IMG/VR virus record: IMGVR_UViG_3300047994_000374
Location: 330,193-394,192 of that record
Length of the DNA: 64,000 bases
Direction: 5' to 3' (one strand)
Positions within the stretch are counted from its first letter, which is position 1. Every line of letters starts with the position of its first letter. The position numbers were made by a program, and so were the translations under genes. The notes under the pieces were generated by a model. That model was given only the letters and a program-made list of their open reading frames with translations. It was not told where the DNA came from and ran no database searches. Positions 36,629-46,535 of this stretch are shown here, in pieces.

Positions 36629-38499
36629 TACTTAGAAACCATGGACAAGAAATCTTCTTCAGAAATGAGCGTAGTTCCAAGCTTACGAGCTTTTTCTGCC
36701 TTGGTGGTAGTTGAGTTTTCTGCATCGGCAATTACCAAATAAGACAATCCTTTTCCAACACTCTTAACACTTCCACCAGCGTTTTCGACCATTTTTTCAA
36801 GGTCAGCCCGTTTGTTGAGCATACTTCCCGTAAAACAAAAGCTTTTTCCAGTTAGCGATCCCATCGTTTTTTCCTTTATCTTAACTCCGTTGTTCAATAA
36901 TTGTTTAATCACTTCTTTGTAATCTTGCAAGCCCTGAACAAGTGATTTTGCTTTTACAGGACCTAATCCCTGAATTTTTTCGAAATCAGCAGCAGTCATA
37001 GCTTGAATTTTTTCGAGTGTATCATATCCAGCCTCAACAACTAATTTAAGTGAGCTGGTCCCAATCATCGGAATTGAAAGAGCCCCAAGCATGGTTTCTA
37101 ATGGAATAGTAGAGTAAGCCCAAAGATTATTGTAAGCTGTTGTGGCAGATTTTTCGCCCATTCGTTCTACGGTCATTAAGTCTTTGATGGTTAGGGCGTA
37201 GATGTCAGCAACGGTTTGAATTTTTTTATTTTCAACCAATCGTTCAATGAGAGTTTCGCCAAAGTCAAGAATGTTGAGTTCGGAGATCCAATTTTTGATC
37301 CGCCCCTTGACTTGTGCTGGGCAGTTAAAATTAGGGCAAGTTAAGTTCTCGCCATTCATTTTGAGCGTGGAGTTGCATTCTGGACACTCAGTTGGAATTG
37401 GGCAAATGGTATTGGTTGAATTGATTACCTTTTCAACACGAGGAATAATCTCGTTCGCCTTACAAATGAGAACTTCCGCACCAACATCTAAACCAAGTTC
37501 AGTAATATAGGCGATGTTATATACGCTCGCCTTTTCTACGGTCGAGCCTAACAAATTTACAGGCTCAAACCAACAAACTGGAGTTATGCGACCGCTGTTA
37601 CCCGATTGCCAGGAGATTTCTTTAACTGTGGTTTTTACGAATTGATTGGCGAATTTAAATGCAAGCTTAGATTTTGGCCTCAGGTTAGTTGAACCGAGAG
37701 ATTTTTGAAATTCTACATCATTGCAATTAACAACAAGTCCGTCAATCTCATAATTCAATGAAGATCGGGTGGTGTCTTGATATTGTTTCCAAAGTTCATT
37801 CACTTCTCCGGCATTTTTACAAATTTTATAGTTTGGAACAATAAATTTATTCTTCTCCAAAAATTCAAACATCGAACTTTCAGTTTTAAATTCGTCATCA
37901 TTTCCAATTACTTGATAAAACATAAGGGTTAAATTTTCACAACCCTCTCCAGTAAGCCTTCTGCATACGCCACTGGCACCATTTCGTGGATTCGCAGCTT
38001 CAGGAAAAAACTTTTGATGATCTGTTTTGGTAAGAACAATTTCTCCACGAATAGTTCCTGTAAAGTTATCAGAAACAAAATTTACATTGCCCTTCATTTT
38101 GCGAACATTGTTGATGATATCTTCGCCCTCAAGTCCATTTCCTCGACAAACTCCACGCACCAATCGCCCATTTTCATATTGACAGCCAATGCTTAGTCCA
38201 TCCAACTTCTCCACGACCAATACATCTTGATTTTTAAGAGTGTTGTTGAGCCACTTGGACATTTCATCTGGATAATTAACTTTATTCAAAGAACCCAATG
38301 GAGTAAGATGCTTTTCTTTTTTCCAAGCATCTACTCCGTCTGCTCCAACTTTCGAAAGAAGCGGATGATTAGGATCTAAACATCCAAGCTCATAAACTAA
38401 AGCGTCATAGGTATCGTCATCCATAATTTCCGATCCGTTATAATAAGCGGTTTGGGCATCAGAAATTTTTTTTGACAACTCTTCGATTTTATTTTTCAT
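36628..38499 (-). CDS. ligA: NAD-dependent DNA ligase
   Basis: YY...DD.YD, EKLDG, RGE, NPRN, DG.V, zinc finger CPEC..C....C, HhH, BRCT. Confidence 0.96.
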   Translation of the reverse strand: MKNKIEELSKKISDAQTAYYNGSEIMDDDTYDALVYELGCLDPNHPLLSKVGADGVDAWKKEKHLTPLGSLNKVNYPDEMSKWLNNTLKNQDVLVVEKLDGLSIGCQYENGRLVRGVCRGNGLEGEDIINNVRKMKGNVNFVSDNFTGTIRGEIVLTKTDHQKFFPEAANPRNGASGVCRRLTGEGCENLTLMFYQVIGNDDEFKTESSMFEFLEKNKFIVPNYKICKNAGEVNELWKQYQDTTRSSLNYEIDGLVVNCNDVEFQKSLGSTNLRPKSKLAFKFANQFVKTTVKEISWQSGNSGRITPVCWFEPVNLLGSTVEKASVYNIAYITELGLDVGAEVLICKANEIIPRVEKVINSTNTICPIPTECPECNSTLKMNGENLTCPNFNCPAQVKGRIKNWISELNILDFGETLIERLVENKKIQTVADIYALTIKDLMTVERMGEKSATTAYNNLWAYSTIPLETMLGALSIPMIGTSSLKLVVEAGYDTLEKIQAMTAADFEKIQGLGPVKAKSLVQGLQDYKEVIKQLLNNGVKIKEKTMGSLTGKSFCFTGSMLNKRADLEKMVENAGGSVKSVGKGLSYLVIADAENSTTTKAEKARKLGTTLISEEDFLSMVSK

Positions 38500-38536
38500 A
38501 TGAGTTGTCGTGAGGGCTTGATGAAATGGGAATTGT

Positions 38537-39094
38537 TCATTTAAATTTTTCGATCAAATTTAAATATGAAATTCCATATAACTTTACCCAACTCTTATAT
38601 TGGTCGGAATTGTATTTAATTCGTATTGACTTTTCATTATCGGTATTCCTACTAACTGATAATTTAGTTCCATGCGCAGATTGAAATAAATTACCTTGGC
38701 GTTCCATATCTTTTTTATTCAAATAGAAAAAATCATGTTCGATATGATCTGTTCGTATATCCGCACAATAAAAAATATAATGATCATTATCCTGCCATGG
38801 TCTTATCTGAACTAAATTCATACCGTCATTTGACGAGGTAATGAGGCTAACTTTAATCTCACCAGATTTATTTTTATGAGTTAAATCACCACTATCTAAA
38901 TCTTTTGGACCGCTTAAATTCAATTCCTTTTTAAGTCTATTAGCAATTCTTGTTCCGTAAGTTTGTGGAGTTAAAAGAAGCATACAATATATAAAATCCT
39001 CCCATGGCTCATCAAAAGCCCACTCTTGATTCTTGCTTGCTTTAGCACGAATTTCTTGTAATTCTCTGCCCATATCAACGATTTTATTATTCAT
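38537..39094 (-). CDS. putative PD-(D/E)xK nuclease (restriction-endonuclease-like)
   Basis: GD...GEIKVS motif; ATGA-coupled to the MTase gene. Confidence 0.5.
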   Translation of the reverse strand: MNNKIVDMGRELQEIRAKASKNQEWAFDEPWEDFIYCMLLLTPQTYGTRIANRLKKELNLSGPKDLDSGDLTHKNKSGEIKVSLITSSNDGMNLVQIRPWQDNDHYIFYCADIRTDHIEHDFFYLNKKDMERQGNLFQSAHGTKLSVSRNTDNEKSIRIKYNSDQYKSWVKLYGISYLNLIEKFK

Positions 39095-39888
39095 TTTTCT
39101 GTTAATTTCTTAATATGATTTTGATTGATGTTAGATTGCGCCTTGTTAAAATATTTTTCGTCTAATTCAATGCCTATAAACTTTCTGTCTAAATTAATTG
39201 CGGCTATACCAGTGGTTCCATGTCCCATACAACAATCTAATATTGTATCATTAATATTTGAATATGTTTTTATAATATATTCCATTAATGCAACTGGCTT
39301 TTGAGTTGGATGACCGCCTTTAATTCGTGGGTTGGATATTTTAACGACGCTCTTTGCGTGCCTAAATCCATCATTATTTTTTTTAGAGTTCGTTTGTTTT
39401 CCATATCCCTCTCCTTTTGATTTTATTTTTCTATTTATTTTGTATGGCGCGCCTTTTGTTTTTTGTTCATTATAAGTTCCTTTTTTATTATAAAAAACCA
39501 AAATACTTTCATGTGCCCGTAAAGGTTGATGTTTGATATTTAATTGACCAGAGCCGATTGTTTTTTCCCAAATAACTTCATATTTAAAGTTGTCAATATT
39601 GCTCATTATTAATTTGCTGCTGAATGGTTGAGCAGCAGTTAATACAATAATTCCATCATCTTTGATAATTCGATTGAACTGTTCCCACATCTTATCAAAT
39701 GGTATAATTTCATCCCATTTATTTTGAGTGGTTCCATATGGCAAATCGGTAGCTATCAAATGAATAGATTGATTTGGTAATTTAGACATTTCTTCCAAAC
39801 AATCTCCATTAATTAGTTTAGAATTAAGTCTATAATCATTCGCAGCGATACTACTAAATAATATTTTTTTAATAAATTTTATGGTCAT
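39091..39888 (-). CDS. DNA N6-adenine/N4-cytosine methyltransferase (beta class)
   Basis: GDCLE, TDLPY (DPPY-like), HPTQKP, LDCCMGHGTT, FIGIE. Confidence 0.92.
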   Translation of the reverse strand: MTIKFIKKILFSSIAANDYRLNSKLINGDCLEEMSKLPNQSIHLIATDLPYGTTQNKWDEIIPFDKMWEQFNRIIKDDGIIVLTAAQPFSSKLIMSNIDNFKYEVIWEKTIGSGQLNIKHQPLRAHESILVFYNKKGTYNEQKTKGAPYKINRKIKSKGEGYGKQTNSKKNNDGFRHAKSVVKISNPRIKGGHPTQKPVALMEYIIKTYSNINDTILDCCMGHGTTGIAAINLDRKFIGIELDEKYFNKAQSNINQNHIKKLTEK

Positions 39889-39925
39889 AAATTATATTCC
39901 AAACTAGTCGTATTTTAATAATAAA

Positions 39926-40510
39926 TTATTTATGCTTTCGAGATTTCTTAACAATTTTCTTTTTTGAACCAGCTTGAAACATAATAACATATGGCGGTCG
40001 AACTCCTCCACTAAAATTTGTAGCCGCTTCTAATGCCAACTTAACTCGTTCAGCGGGTTTTAAATTTGATCCTTCAGTTGCGAAAAAACAGCCCTTTGAA
40101 TATACAGCACCACATCCGGCAGCATCATAAGCGGCGGCACTCATACCAACCTGATAATCACCCATGATGTTATAAAGTACGCCTTTATAGCCGACTAAAA
40201 AATTGCCGCACTGCGTCGCATCCTTATCACCAAAGCCATTTTGCGAAAAACATTTACGAAGTTCATCAACAAAGTCCGTTGTCATATATTGAAAATCTTC
40301 TTGATGAACTGTTTGAGCTGGCGGAGAAAATTTGAAACGAAGAATATTTAACATACGAAATGAACTTGTCCCTCCAATAAGAAACGGTCCATTTTGAAAA
40401 ACTTTCGGATCTGTTCTAACTGTAATGTCCAGTCCAGCCACGCCTGCGGAATCCGCTCCGATGAATAAATCACCGGTTTGTTTATCTACTAGTCCAACAA
40501 TTGCTGTCAT
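39926..40510 (-). CDS. Ntn-hydrolase, HslV/proteasome-beta-like peptidase
   Basis: N-terminal nucleophile M-T-A-I-V-G, GADS, PKVF, A.GCGA, AL.AA. Confidence 0.75.
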   Translation of the reverse strand: MTAIVGLVDKQTGDLFIGADSAGVAGLDITVRTDPKVFQNGPFLIGGTSSFRMLNILRFKFSPPAQTVHQEDFQYMTTDFVDELRKCFSQNGFGDKDATQCGNFLVGYKGVLYNIMGDYQVGMSAAAYDAAGCGAVYSKGCFFATEGSNLKPAERVKLALEAATNFSGGVRPPYVIMFQAGSKKKIVKKSRKHK

Positions 40511-40514
40511 GATT

Positions 40515-40787
40515 TTATATCTTTCTTTTTGTTATTTTTAATTTTAGAAAACTAATTCTTCCAGCTTTTTTATTACACTCTGGACAGCATAAACTAACAT
40601 TGCATAAATCACTTGAACCGCCTTCACTTAATGGAACCAAATGCTCCACCGTCAAATCACAACCTAAAAATATCTTTCTACAAAAATAACAAGGAACGAA
40701 CGGTTTGTCAATGAGTAAGATTTTCTTTAACTTTTGATTAATCTTTAGTTGTGCAAATCTTTTCTTGCGACGGTCATAGCGGCTCAA
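40515..40787 (-). CDS. small HNH endonuclease
   Basis: CYFC...TVEHLVPLSEGG...N....CPECN. Confidence 0.8.
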   Translation of the reverse strand: MSRYDRRKKRFAQLKINQKLKKILLIDKPFVPCYFCRKIFLGCDLTVEHLVPLSEGGSSDLCNVSLCCPECNKKAGRISFLKLKITKRKI

Positions 40788-40793
40788 AAGAAT

Positions 40794-41894
40794 TTACTGC
40801 CCCTTACCCAAAAACGCTTTAATGCATGTAATGATCTCGCTCCGATCCTTCATCAGACTTCGATTGACTTTGACTTCATTTCCAAAAGCAGCATCTAAGC
40901 TTTCAATAAATCCACTACGATATCCGGAAATTTGACCAAAGCTAAACGAATTTGAGTTCGGAATAATGCGATTTTTTAAAGTGGCAATAGCTTCATTTGT
41001 ATCCGTGCTTCCACCATTATCACCATCCGAAAAATGTATCGGATACACATTCCATTCACCAAACGGATAATCTTTCTCCATGATCTCCGCACATTGTTTA
41101 TAAACGGATGAGATTTGAGTTCCACCCGCTTCGCTAATGGTAAAAAATTCTTCTTGAGTCACTTCTTTACTTTCGCTATCATGAACCAACCAACGCGTTT
41201 CAATATCCTTGTATTGAGATTTCAGCCATAGATTAATCCAAAATGCAACCGATTTTGAAATATGTTTTTCTTCCGGACCCATTGATCCAGAGCAGTCCAA
41301 CATATAAATGACTACCGTATTAATATTAGGTTCATTGGTTGGTTTTGCAGTTCGATACCTCTTGTCCGCTTTGATTGGAGCAAAGGTTGGTTTTTCAGGA
41401 TTGTAATCTCCCGAAGAAATATTTCGTTTCAGACTTTCTTTAAAGGTTCGTCGAAAATGTCTCAATCCCTCGGCGCCTTCGGTTCCGATGCCAGTGTATT
41501 TATTTTTGGCATGAGCAATTTTTCCCTTACCTTTGTTTTCTAATGCGGGAAGTTGAAGCTCTTCTCCTAAAATTTGGGCAAGTTCATCGGGAGTAAATTC
41601 AGCCTCAAACCCATGCTCACCCGGATCTGTTCCTGCTTTTTTGCCCTTGCCTGCCTTTCCTTGTCCATCAATAGGATCTCCTGCTTCTCCATCGCCTTGA
41701 CTTGCTCCACCATTTCCATTATTTCCAAATGTAAAACGAGGAAGATCAATATTGTCAATCGGAACAGAAATAAGTTTGTCTCCTTGTTTAGCGATCATTT
41801 TTTCACTTGAAATATATTTGCCAAGATTGCTTTTAACTTTTTTCTTGACGATATCTTTAAAGCGATTGACATCTGAACCAATTCGATTTGACAT
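40794..41894 (-). CDS. YeaH/YhbH (DUF444) family vWA protein
   Basis: RF..IVK, P.F.FG, KKAG..PGEH, EELQLP, DCSGSM, FF...E.GGT.ISS, WNVY..HFSDGDN. Confidence 0.88.
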   Translation of the reverse strand: MSNRIGSDVNRFKDIVKKKVKSNLGKYISSEKMIAKQGDKLISVPIDNIDLPRFTFGNNGNGGASQGDGEAGDPIDGQGKAGKGKKAGTDPGEHGFEAEFTPDELAQILGEELQLPALENKGKGKIAHAKNKYTGIGTEGAEGLRHFRRTFKESLKRNISSGDYNPEKPTFAPIKADKRYRTAKPTNEPNINTVVIYMLDCSGSMGPEEKHISKSVAFWINLWLKSQYKDIETRWLVHDSESKEVTQEEFFTISEAGGTQISSVYKQCAEIMEKDYPFGEWNVYPIHFSDGDNGGSTDTNEAIATLKNRIIPNSNSFSFGQISGYRSGFIESLDAAFGNEVKVNRSLMKDRSEIITCIKAFLGKGQ

Positions 41895-42647
41895 TTAGAT
41901 TAGCCTCATGATGTAATTAGGGTCTTTTGAGAAGATGGGAATTTCATTATCCACTTTCCATTTACCTCTTTCAACAGAAAATGGCTCATTCGTTTTTACA
42001 TTGATGCCGGAGATAGTTGTTTTTTCTTTAATGATACACCTACCGCGCTTTTGAGAAGTTGGCAAGTCGTTCCAATTAAATCCTTTTTGATAGCACATTT
42101 CTTGAAGCTGTGAAGTATTTTTAAGATTGCATTGATTGTGAGAATAAAGGCTTCTTGTAAGCATTTGAATACTGTTTCTGGTTGCATCTTGTTGGCGATG
42201 GAGAAAAGCGTTATTCACCTCTTCTTTAGGAACCACAAATGCTCGGCAATCAAAATGAGCGACCTTTAACTTTCCAAAAATTCGATCAGAAATAGAAGTG
42301 AAATAAGCGGAAGCCATGGAAGCAGCAACAGAACTCATCTTTTGAATGTTGTTTCCATGCCAACTTTCAGTGTTCAGTTGTTTATAATTGTTAATCAGAA
42401 TGCTAATTTCATCAGACTGAATATATGCTGCAACTACATTTTGAATATTGTTGCAAAGATAAAGTGCAGTATCATTCATACAAGAAACAAGATTTTCGTC
42501 AAATGGTCTTTCGCACCCCTTCGTATAGCTATGAAAAGAAACTCCATCCAACCGAAGAATAACTGGAAGGCGCTCTGGAAGTTTAATTCTCCAAGAGTTT
42601 TCATATTTCTTTATACGATCGCCTAATTGATCTTTACCTGGTTTCAT
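41895..42647 (-). CDS. tRNA-His guanylyltransferase Thg1-like protein (intact motifs)
   Basis: LRLDGVSFH, YIQSDEIS, FDCR, RQQD..RNS, WNDLP...KRG. Confidence 0.92.
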   Translation of the reverse strand: MKPGKDQLGDRIKKYENSWRIKLPERLPVILRLDGVSFHSYTKGCERPFDENLVSCMNDTALYLCNNIQNVVAAYIQSDEISILINNYKQLNTESWHGNNIQKMSSVAASMASAYFTSISDRIFGKLKVAHFDCRAFVVPKEEVNNAFLHRQQDATRNSIQMLTRSLYSHNQCNLKNTSQLQEMCYQKGFNWNDLPTSQKRGRCIIKEKTTISGINVKTNEPFSVERGKWKVDNEIPIFSKDPNYIMRLI

Positions 42648-43015
42648 AGGAATGCCTTCATTTTCATTAATTTTGTTGCGTATTTTTCTTTGTCTTTGTA
42701 AGGAATATTCATTTTAGCTTGAAGTAATATTTTTGGCTTCCCATATTTATCAAACCCTTTTATTTCTAGACCTTTTGGTGAGGCATAAAATAAAACGATT
42801 TTCCCATTTATTTCAATCGGAATTTCCCAATGAGTAATCGTTTTGGCCCGCGCATCGTAGGTAATATAAAAATTCCAACTCTCACATCGATCACAGTGAA
42901 ACTCAACTTCATTCGTGTAATTATCGACTTGAAATACCACACCTGCGTTGCAACAATAAGAATGAATGGGAATTGTGGATCCGTCAGCCGTTGTAATCTC
43001 TTTTCGTAAAATCAT
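42644..43015 (-). CDS. Cys-motif protein, C-terminal KAFL family
   Basis: CC...CDRC; ends LMKMKAFL. Confidence 0.75.
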   Translation of the reverse strand: MILRKEITTADGSTIPIHSYCCNAGVVFQVDNYTNEVEFHCDRCESWNFYITYDARAKTITHWEIPIEINGKIVLFYASPKGLEIKGFDKYGKPKILLQAKMNIPYKDKEKYATKLMKMKAFL

Positions 43016-43350
43016 AAAAAAGCTTCCAATTTTATAATTCTTTTTACAGTTTCAATATGATTTTGAATTGGCGTAAATTTATTCATTTTAAATAACATTC
43101 GTTGTGTTATAGTATCATAGACGATGGTATAAGGCTTAACAATTGAGTCGGGCGTTAAATTTCCACTTGATAAGCTATATCTTGAGTTAGCTTGAAATAT
43201 TATAATTTCATAACTCGAAAGCTTATCCTTATCATTCATCTCTGTCCAACATCTAAAATAACCACAGATACATCTTATTAAATTTACATCTCTTGGTTCT
43301 AAAGTTTGTTTGCAAAAATCATGAGGACAATGAGTAGGAACTAAATTCAT
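43012..43350 (-). CDS. Cys-motif protein, C-terminal AFL family
   Basis: CPHDFC...CIC; ends IIKLEAFL. Confidence 0.75.
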   Translation of the reverse strand: MNLVPTHCPHDFCKQTLEPRDVNLIRCICGYFRCWTEMNDKDKLSSYEIIIFQANSRYSLSSGNLTPDSIVKPYTIVYDTITQRMLFKMNKFTPIQNHIETVKRIIKLEAFL

Positions 43351-43703
43351 AGAAAAGCTTTCATTTTGATCATTCGTTCAATGAAACTTATTCTATCTTC
43401 ATATGCCACCCAAATAAGTCCTCTATAAAAATTTTGATATAGTGAGCTGCCCAATCTGACCGCCGAAACCCTATCAATCATTATGTAGTTTTTGCTTCTA
43501 TTAGATGAAATAATCTTATAAGTCTGGTTATCTATAGTTTCAAATAATCGATAATACGTTATTTTTTCTGTTTCAGGTTGAATTGCAATTTCGGTACCAA
43601 AACAATCACGTTGTTCACATTTCCAAGTAAATTCATGTGGTAAAGGGGAAATTTCACGCGTTTCTAATTTTAGACCACAGCTCGAACAAATAAATTCTTT
43701 CAT
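43347..43703 (-). CDS. zinc-ribbon protein, C-terminal KAFL family
   Basis: CSSC...C....C; ends MIKMKAFL. Confidence 0.75.
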   Translation of the reverse strand: MKEFICSSCGLKLETREISPLPHEFTWKCEQRDCFGTEIAIQPETEKITYYRLFETIDNQTYKIISSNRSKNYIMIDRVSAVRLGSSLYQNFYRGLIWVAYEDRISFIERMIKMKAFL

Positions 43704-44053
43704 AAAAATACCTGCATTCTAACTATTTTCTTTAAAAATTTTATTCGTGATTTGAAAGGGACATATTGATCACTTTCAAAAACCAGGCCAGTATTTTTTA
43801 ATATATTAGTTTGTATCTTATTATAAGAGCCATCAGATACAGAGTTGCTATATATTTCAAAACTAAATCCATCTATTACGGTTATAAAGTTGTAGTCTGT
43901 AATTTTTTTATTTTTTCGATGAATAAAGGAAACTTCACAATTATTACCTACATCGGAATTAGGGCATTCAAATAATTGTCCCTTTAAATCTTTTACATAA
44001 ATTTTATTATAGGGCTCAAGGACAGCCCCGCAACAACCACATTTAACTTTCAT
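43700..44053 (-). CDS. zinc-ribbon protein, C-terminal xFL family
   Basis: CGCC...CP; ends IVRMQVFL. Confidence 0.75.
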   Translation of the reverse strand: MKVKCGCCGAVLEPYNKIYVKDLKGQLFECPNSDVGNNCEVSFIHRKNKKITDYNFITVIDGFSFEIYSNSVSDGSYNKIQTNILKNTGLVFESDQYVPFKSRIKFLKKIVRMQVFL

Positions 44054-44074
44054 CCTATTTTAATCTTTCAAAAA

Positions 44075-45292
44075 TTAATAAGAAGTAAGCCAATAAGGAA
44101 AACCGAGCGCTAAAAATGGATTGTTTAAATTATCAGTCATTTGAAATGTGGTTCTTGTTGCAGCGCCATAAGCAGAAGGTTTTGGATCTGTATATGAAAA
44201 AGTTAATTGCTGTTCGGTGGTTAAAATGTTTGTTGAATTATTCCCGCCCAATATCCATAAACGATCATCTGTAATCATAAAAGAAAAATTTGAAAGAATA
44301 CCTGGAACAGAACGAGATGGATCGCCTGGAAGTATATTCATCATGTCCGTCCAAGTCAATGGATCGGTTAAATCGCATTGTAAAATAGAAGTGCGATTCG
44401 GAACCAATGGATTTGCCGAATATCCAATGAGATAACCCTGCGCGCCGACTGTAAAAAACTTTCCTGAAGAAATGGGAAAAGGAAGATTGCCTACTGCGGT
44501 AAAAATGCTTGGAGTTGCTATAGGGGCTCGATAAATGGTGGAAACTGGATTATTGACAGCATTTTCGCCGGCAAAAAGAAAAATGTAACCGTCTGCCATC
44601 CCAACTGATGAGGAGTAAAGTGGTGCCGGTAGGAAATTAGAAGAAGCTGACCATGATAAAGGAGAGCTGGTCAGAGCGGTTTGAATTCCAGTGGTCGCTC
44701 CGCCAGTTGTAAGCCCGCCGTAAATATAAATCCGATTGCTGCCTCCCAACATCATTAAACTGCCATTAGAGACGGCGACATTTAAATGGCTGCCAAGGTC
44801 CGTCCAAGTGGTGGGAGAGCTTGTAGGAGCCGAATAGACATGATTGGTGGGCTGTCCATAACCATCCGAGCCGCCAAACAAATAAATCGTCGAACCAATA
44901 ATCGCTAAATGACTATGAGAAAGTGCAGAAGGTAGAGTTCCAACCTGAGTCCAAGTTGCTGGAGTATTAAGGCTGGATCGTAATATTTGATTGCTATTCG
45001 ATCCACCAAAAAGCCAGGAATATCCATCTACAATAGCGAGTGAAGCTCCATTTGCAGGAGAAGGTAGTGATTTTCTACTGACCTGAAACCATTTATCGGG
45101 ATTGGGGAGAAAATAATTAATTACTGCATAACCATCTAATACTTCGTAGGCTTTTACTTCATTAAAAGCATTTAGCCCTGCTTTGTAGCCATCAAATTGC
45201 AATGCGTTAAAGTCGGGTGCGCTTGTTATCCAAAAACGCTTCTGATTAGGATAACTATTTGGATCATTTGCAATCATTTTATAGCGCGTCAT
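44075..45292 (-). CDS. Kelch-repeat beta-propeller protein (possibly virion-associated)
   Basis: Repeated LP.......(I/L)Y.FGG...W units; S/T/G-rich. Confidence 0.8.
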   Translation of the reverse strand: MTRYKMIANDPNSYPNQKRFWITSAPDFNALQFDGYKAGLNAFNEVKAYEVLDGYAVINYFLPNPDKWFQVSRKSLPSPANGASLAIVDGYSWLFGGSNSNQILRSSLNTPATWTQVGTLPSALSHSHLAIIGSTIYLFGGSDGYGQPTNHVYSAPTSSPTTWTDLGSHLNVAVSNGSLMMLGGSNRIYIYGGLTTGGATTGIQTALTSSPLSWSASSNFLPAPLYSSSVGMADGYIFLFAGENAVNNPVSTIYRAPIATPSIFTAVGNLPFPISSGKFFTVGAQGYLIGYSANPLVPNRTSILQCDLTDPLTWTDMMNILPGDPSRSVPGILSNFSFMITDDRLWILGGNNSTNILTTEQQLTFSYTDPKPSAYGAATRTTFQMTDNLNNPFLALGFPYWLTSY

Positions 45293-45365
45293 GTTATAAT
45301 AATGCGCTTTTAGTAGTTTTAATTAAACTGGAAGAGAAAAATATGACATAAGTTCGCATATAAGA

Positions 45366-46535
45366 ATGAAAACATGTAAAACATGCAAAATAGAAAAATT
45401 AGAAACAGAATTTTATCCAAATTATAAATCGCCCGGCAAAACTGAAAGCAATTGCAAGGTATGTAGATATGAAAAAGATAAATTAATTCCAAAAATTACT
45501 TACCCCATAATGATGGACGGATATAAAACCTGTCAAATATGCAAAGTAAATAAAAATGTATTAGAATTTGGACTTAATAGGGCAATTAAAACTGGACGCC
45601 AACCTATATGCAAAACCTGCAATAATATTAAAATAAATTTAGATCGCCGACGCAATGGTCCAATATATAAGCCGCTCAATATTTCTATATTAGTCCCACA
45701 AGATACTGAATACAAATGTGCTATTTGTGAAGTTTGTGATACTAAATTTGCTATGTGCCGCCCTAATCATAAGAGATGTAATAATTGTACAGATTTGGTG
45801 TGCGACATCCATGGAAAATTTGGCAAAAGAATAAAACATAAAATGCCACCAGGAGCAATTCGAATTCAACTAGCTATCGATGTTGCAAAAATTTTTATAA
45901 CCACAGATAAATGTATTTATTGCAAACGACAGTTCACAATTGAAAATAATAAAAATATCGATCATATTAATCCATTAAATCTTGGCGGGATACATGAATT
46001 AAAAAATATTGCAATTTGTTGTAAAGAATGCAATCGATCAAAAAATAGACAATCATTATATGATTGGCTTAATTTGTGCAAATTAATTGCTAAAAATAGC
46101 GTTGAAGAAATATGTTTAAATTTGAAATCACCGCCATATTTATTTTCCAACTTAGAAAGACAATGTTTAATTTGCTCTTGCAATATTAATGGATATCATC
46201 ATTTCGCCAAAACATGCAGCACATGCCGTACTCTTGTGAGAAAAATAGGTAGTTCCTTATCTTCTACCAGAAAAGGAAAGTCTGCAAAAGTGACTGCAGA
46301 TGTGTCAAATCATGTAGCTCGCAAATGGATATCAACAAATGAATGTTGCTATTGTAAAAGAGGATTCGACAATTTTATAACTAAAAGTATAGATCATATC
46401 AATCCATTTTATTTAAATGGAAATAACACAATAAATAATTTAACCATTTGTTGTTTGGAGTGCAATAGAGCTAAATATGCTTTTTCATTAGAGCATTGGA
46501 TTGATTTGTGTAAACTAATCGCTATGCATAACTAA
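45366..46535 (+). CDS. HNH homing endonuclease with two tandem HNH domains
   Basis: N-terminal C..C...K...EF zinc repeats; CIYC..DHINP..N...CCKECN and CCYC..DHINP..N...CCLECN; opposite strand to neighbours. Confidence 0.85.
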   Translation: MKTCKTCKIEKLETEFYPNYKSPGKTESNCKVCRYEKDKLIPKITYPIMMDGYKTCQICKVNKNVLEFGLNRAIKTGRQPICKTCNNIKINLDRRRNGPIYKPLNISILVPQDTEYKCAICEVCDTKFAMCRPNHKRCNNCTDLVCDIHGKFGKRIKHKMPPGAIRIQLAIDVAKIFITTDKCIYCKRQFTIENNKNIDHINPLNLGGIHELKNIAICCKECNRSKNRQSLYDWLNLCKLIAKNSVEEICLNLKSPPYLFSNLERQCLICSCNINGYHHFAKTCSTCRTLVRKIGSSLSSTRKGKSAKVTADVSNHVARKWISTNECCYCKRGFDNFITKSIDHINPFYLNGNNTINNLTICCLECNRAKYAFSLEHWIDLCKLIAMHN

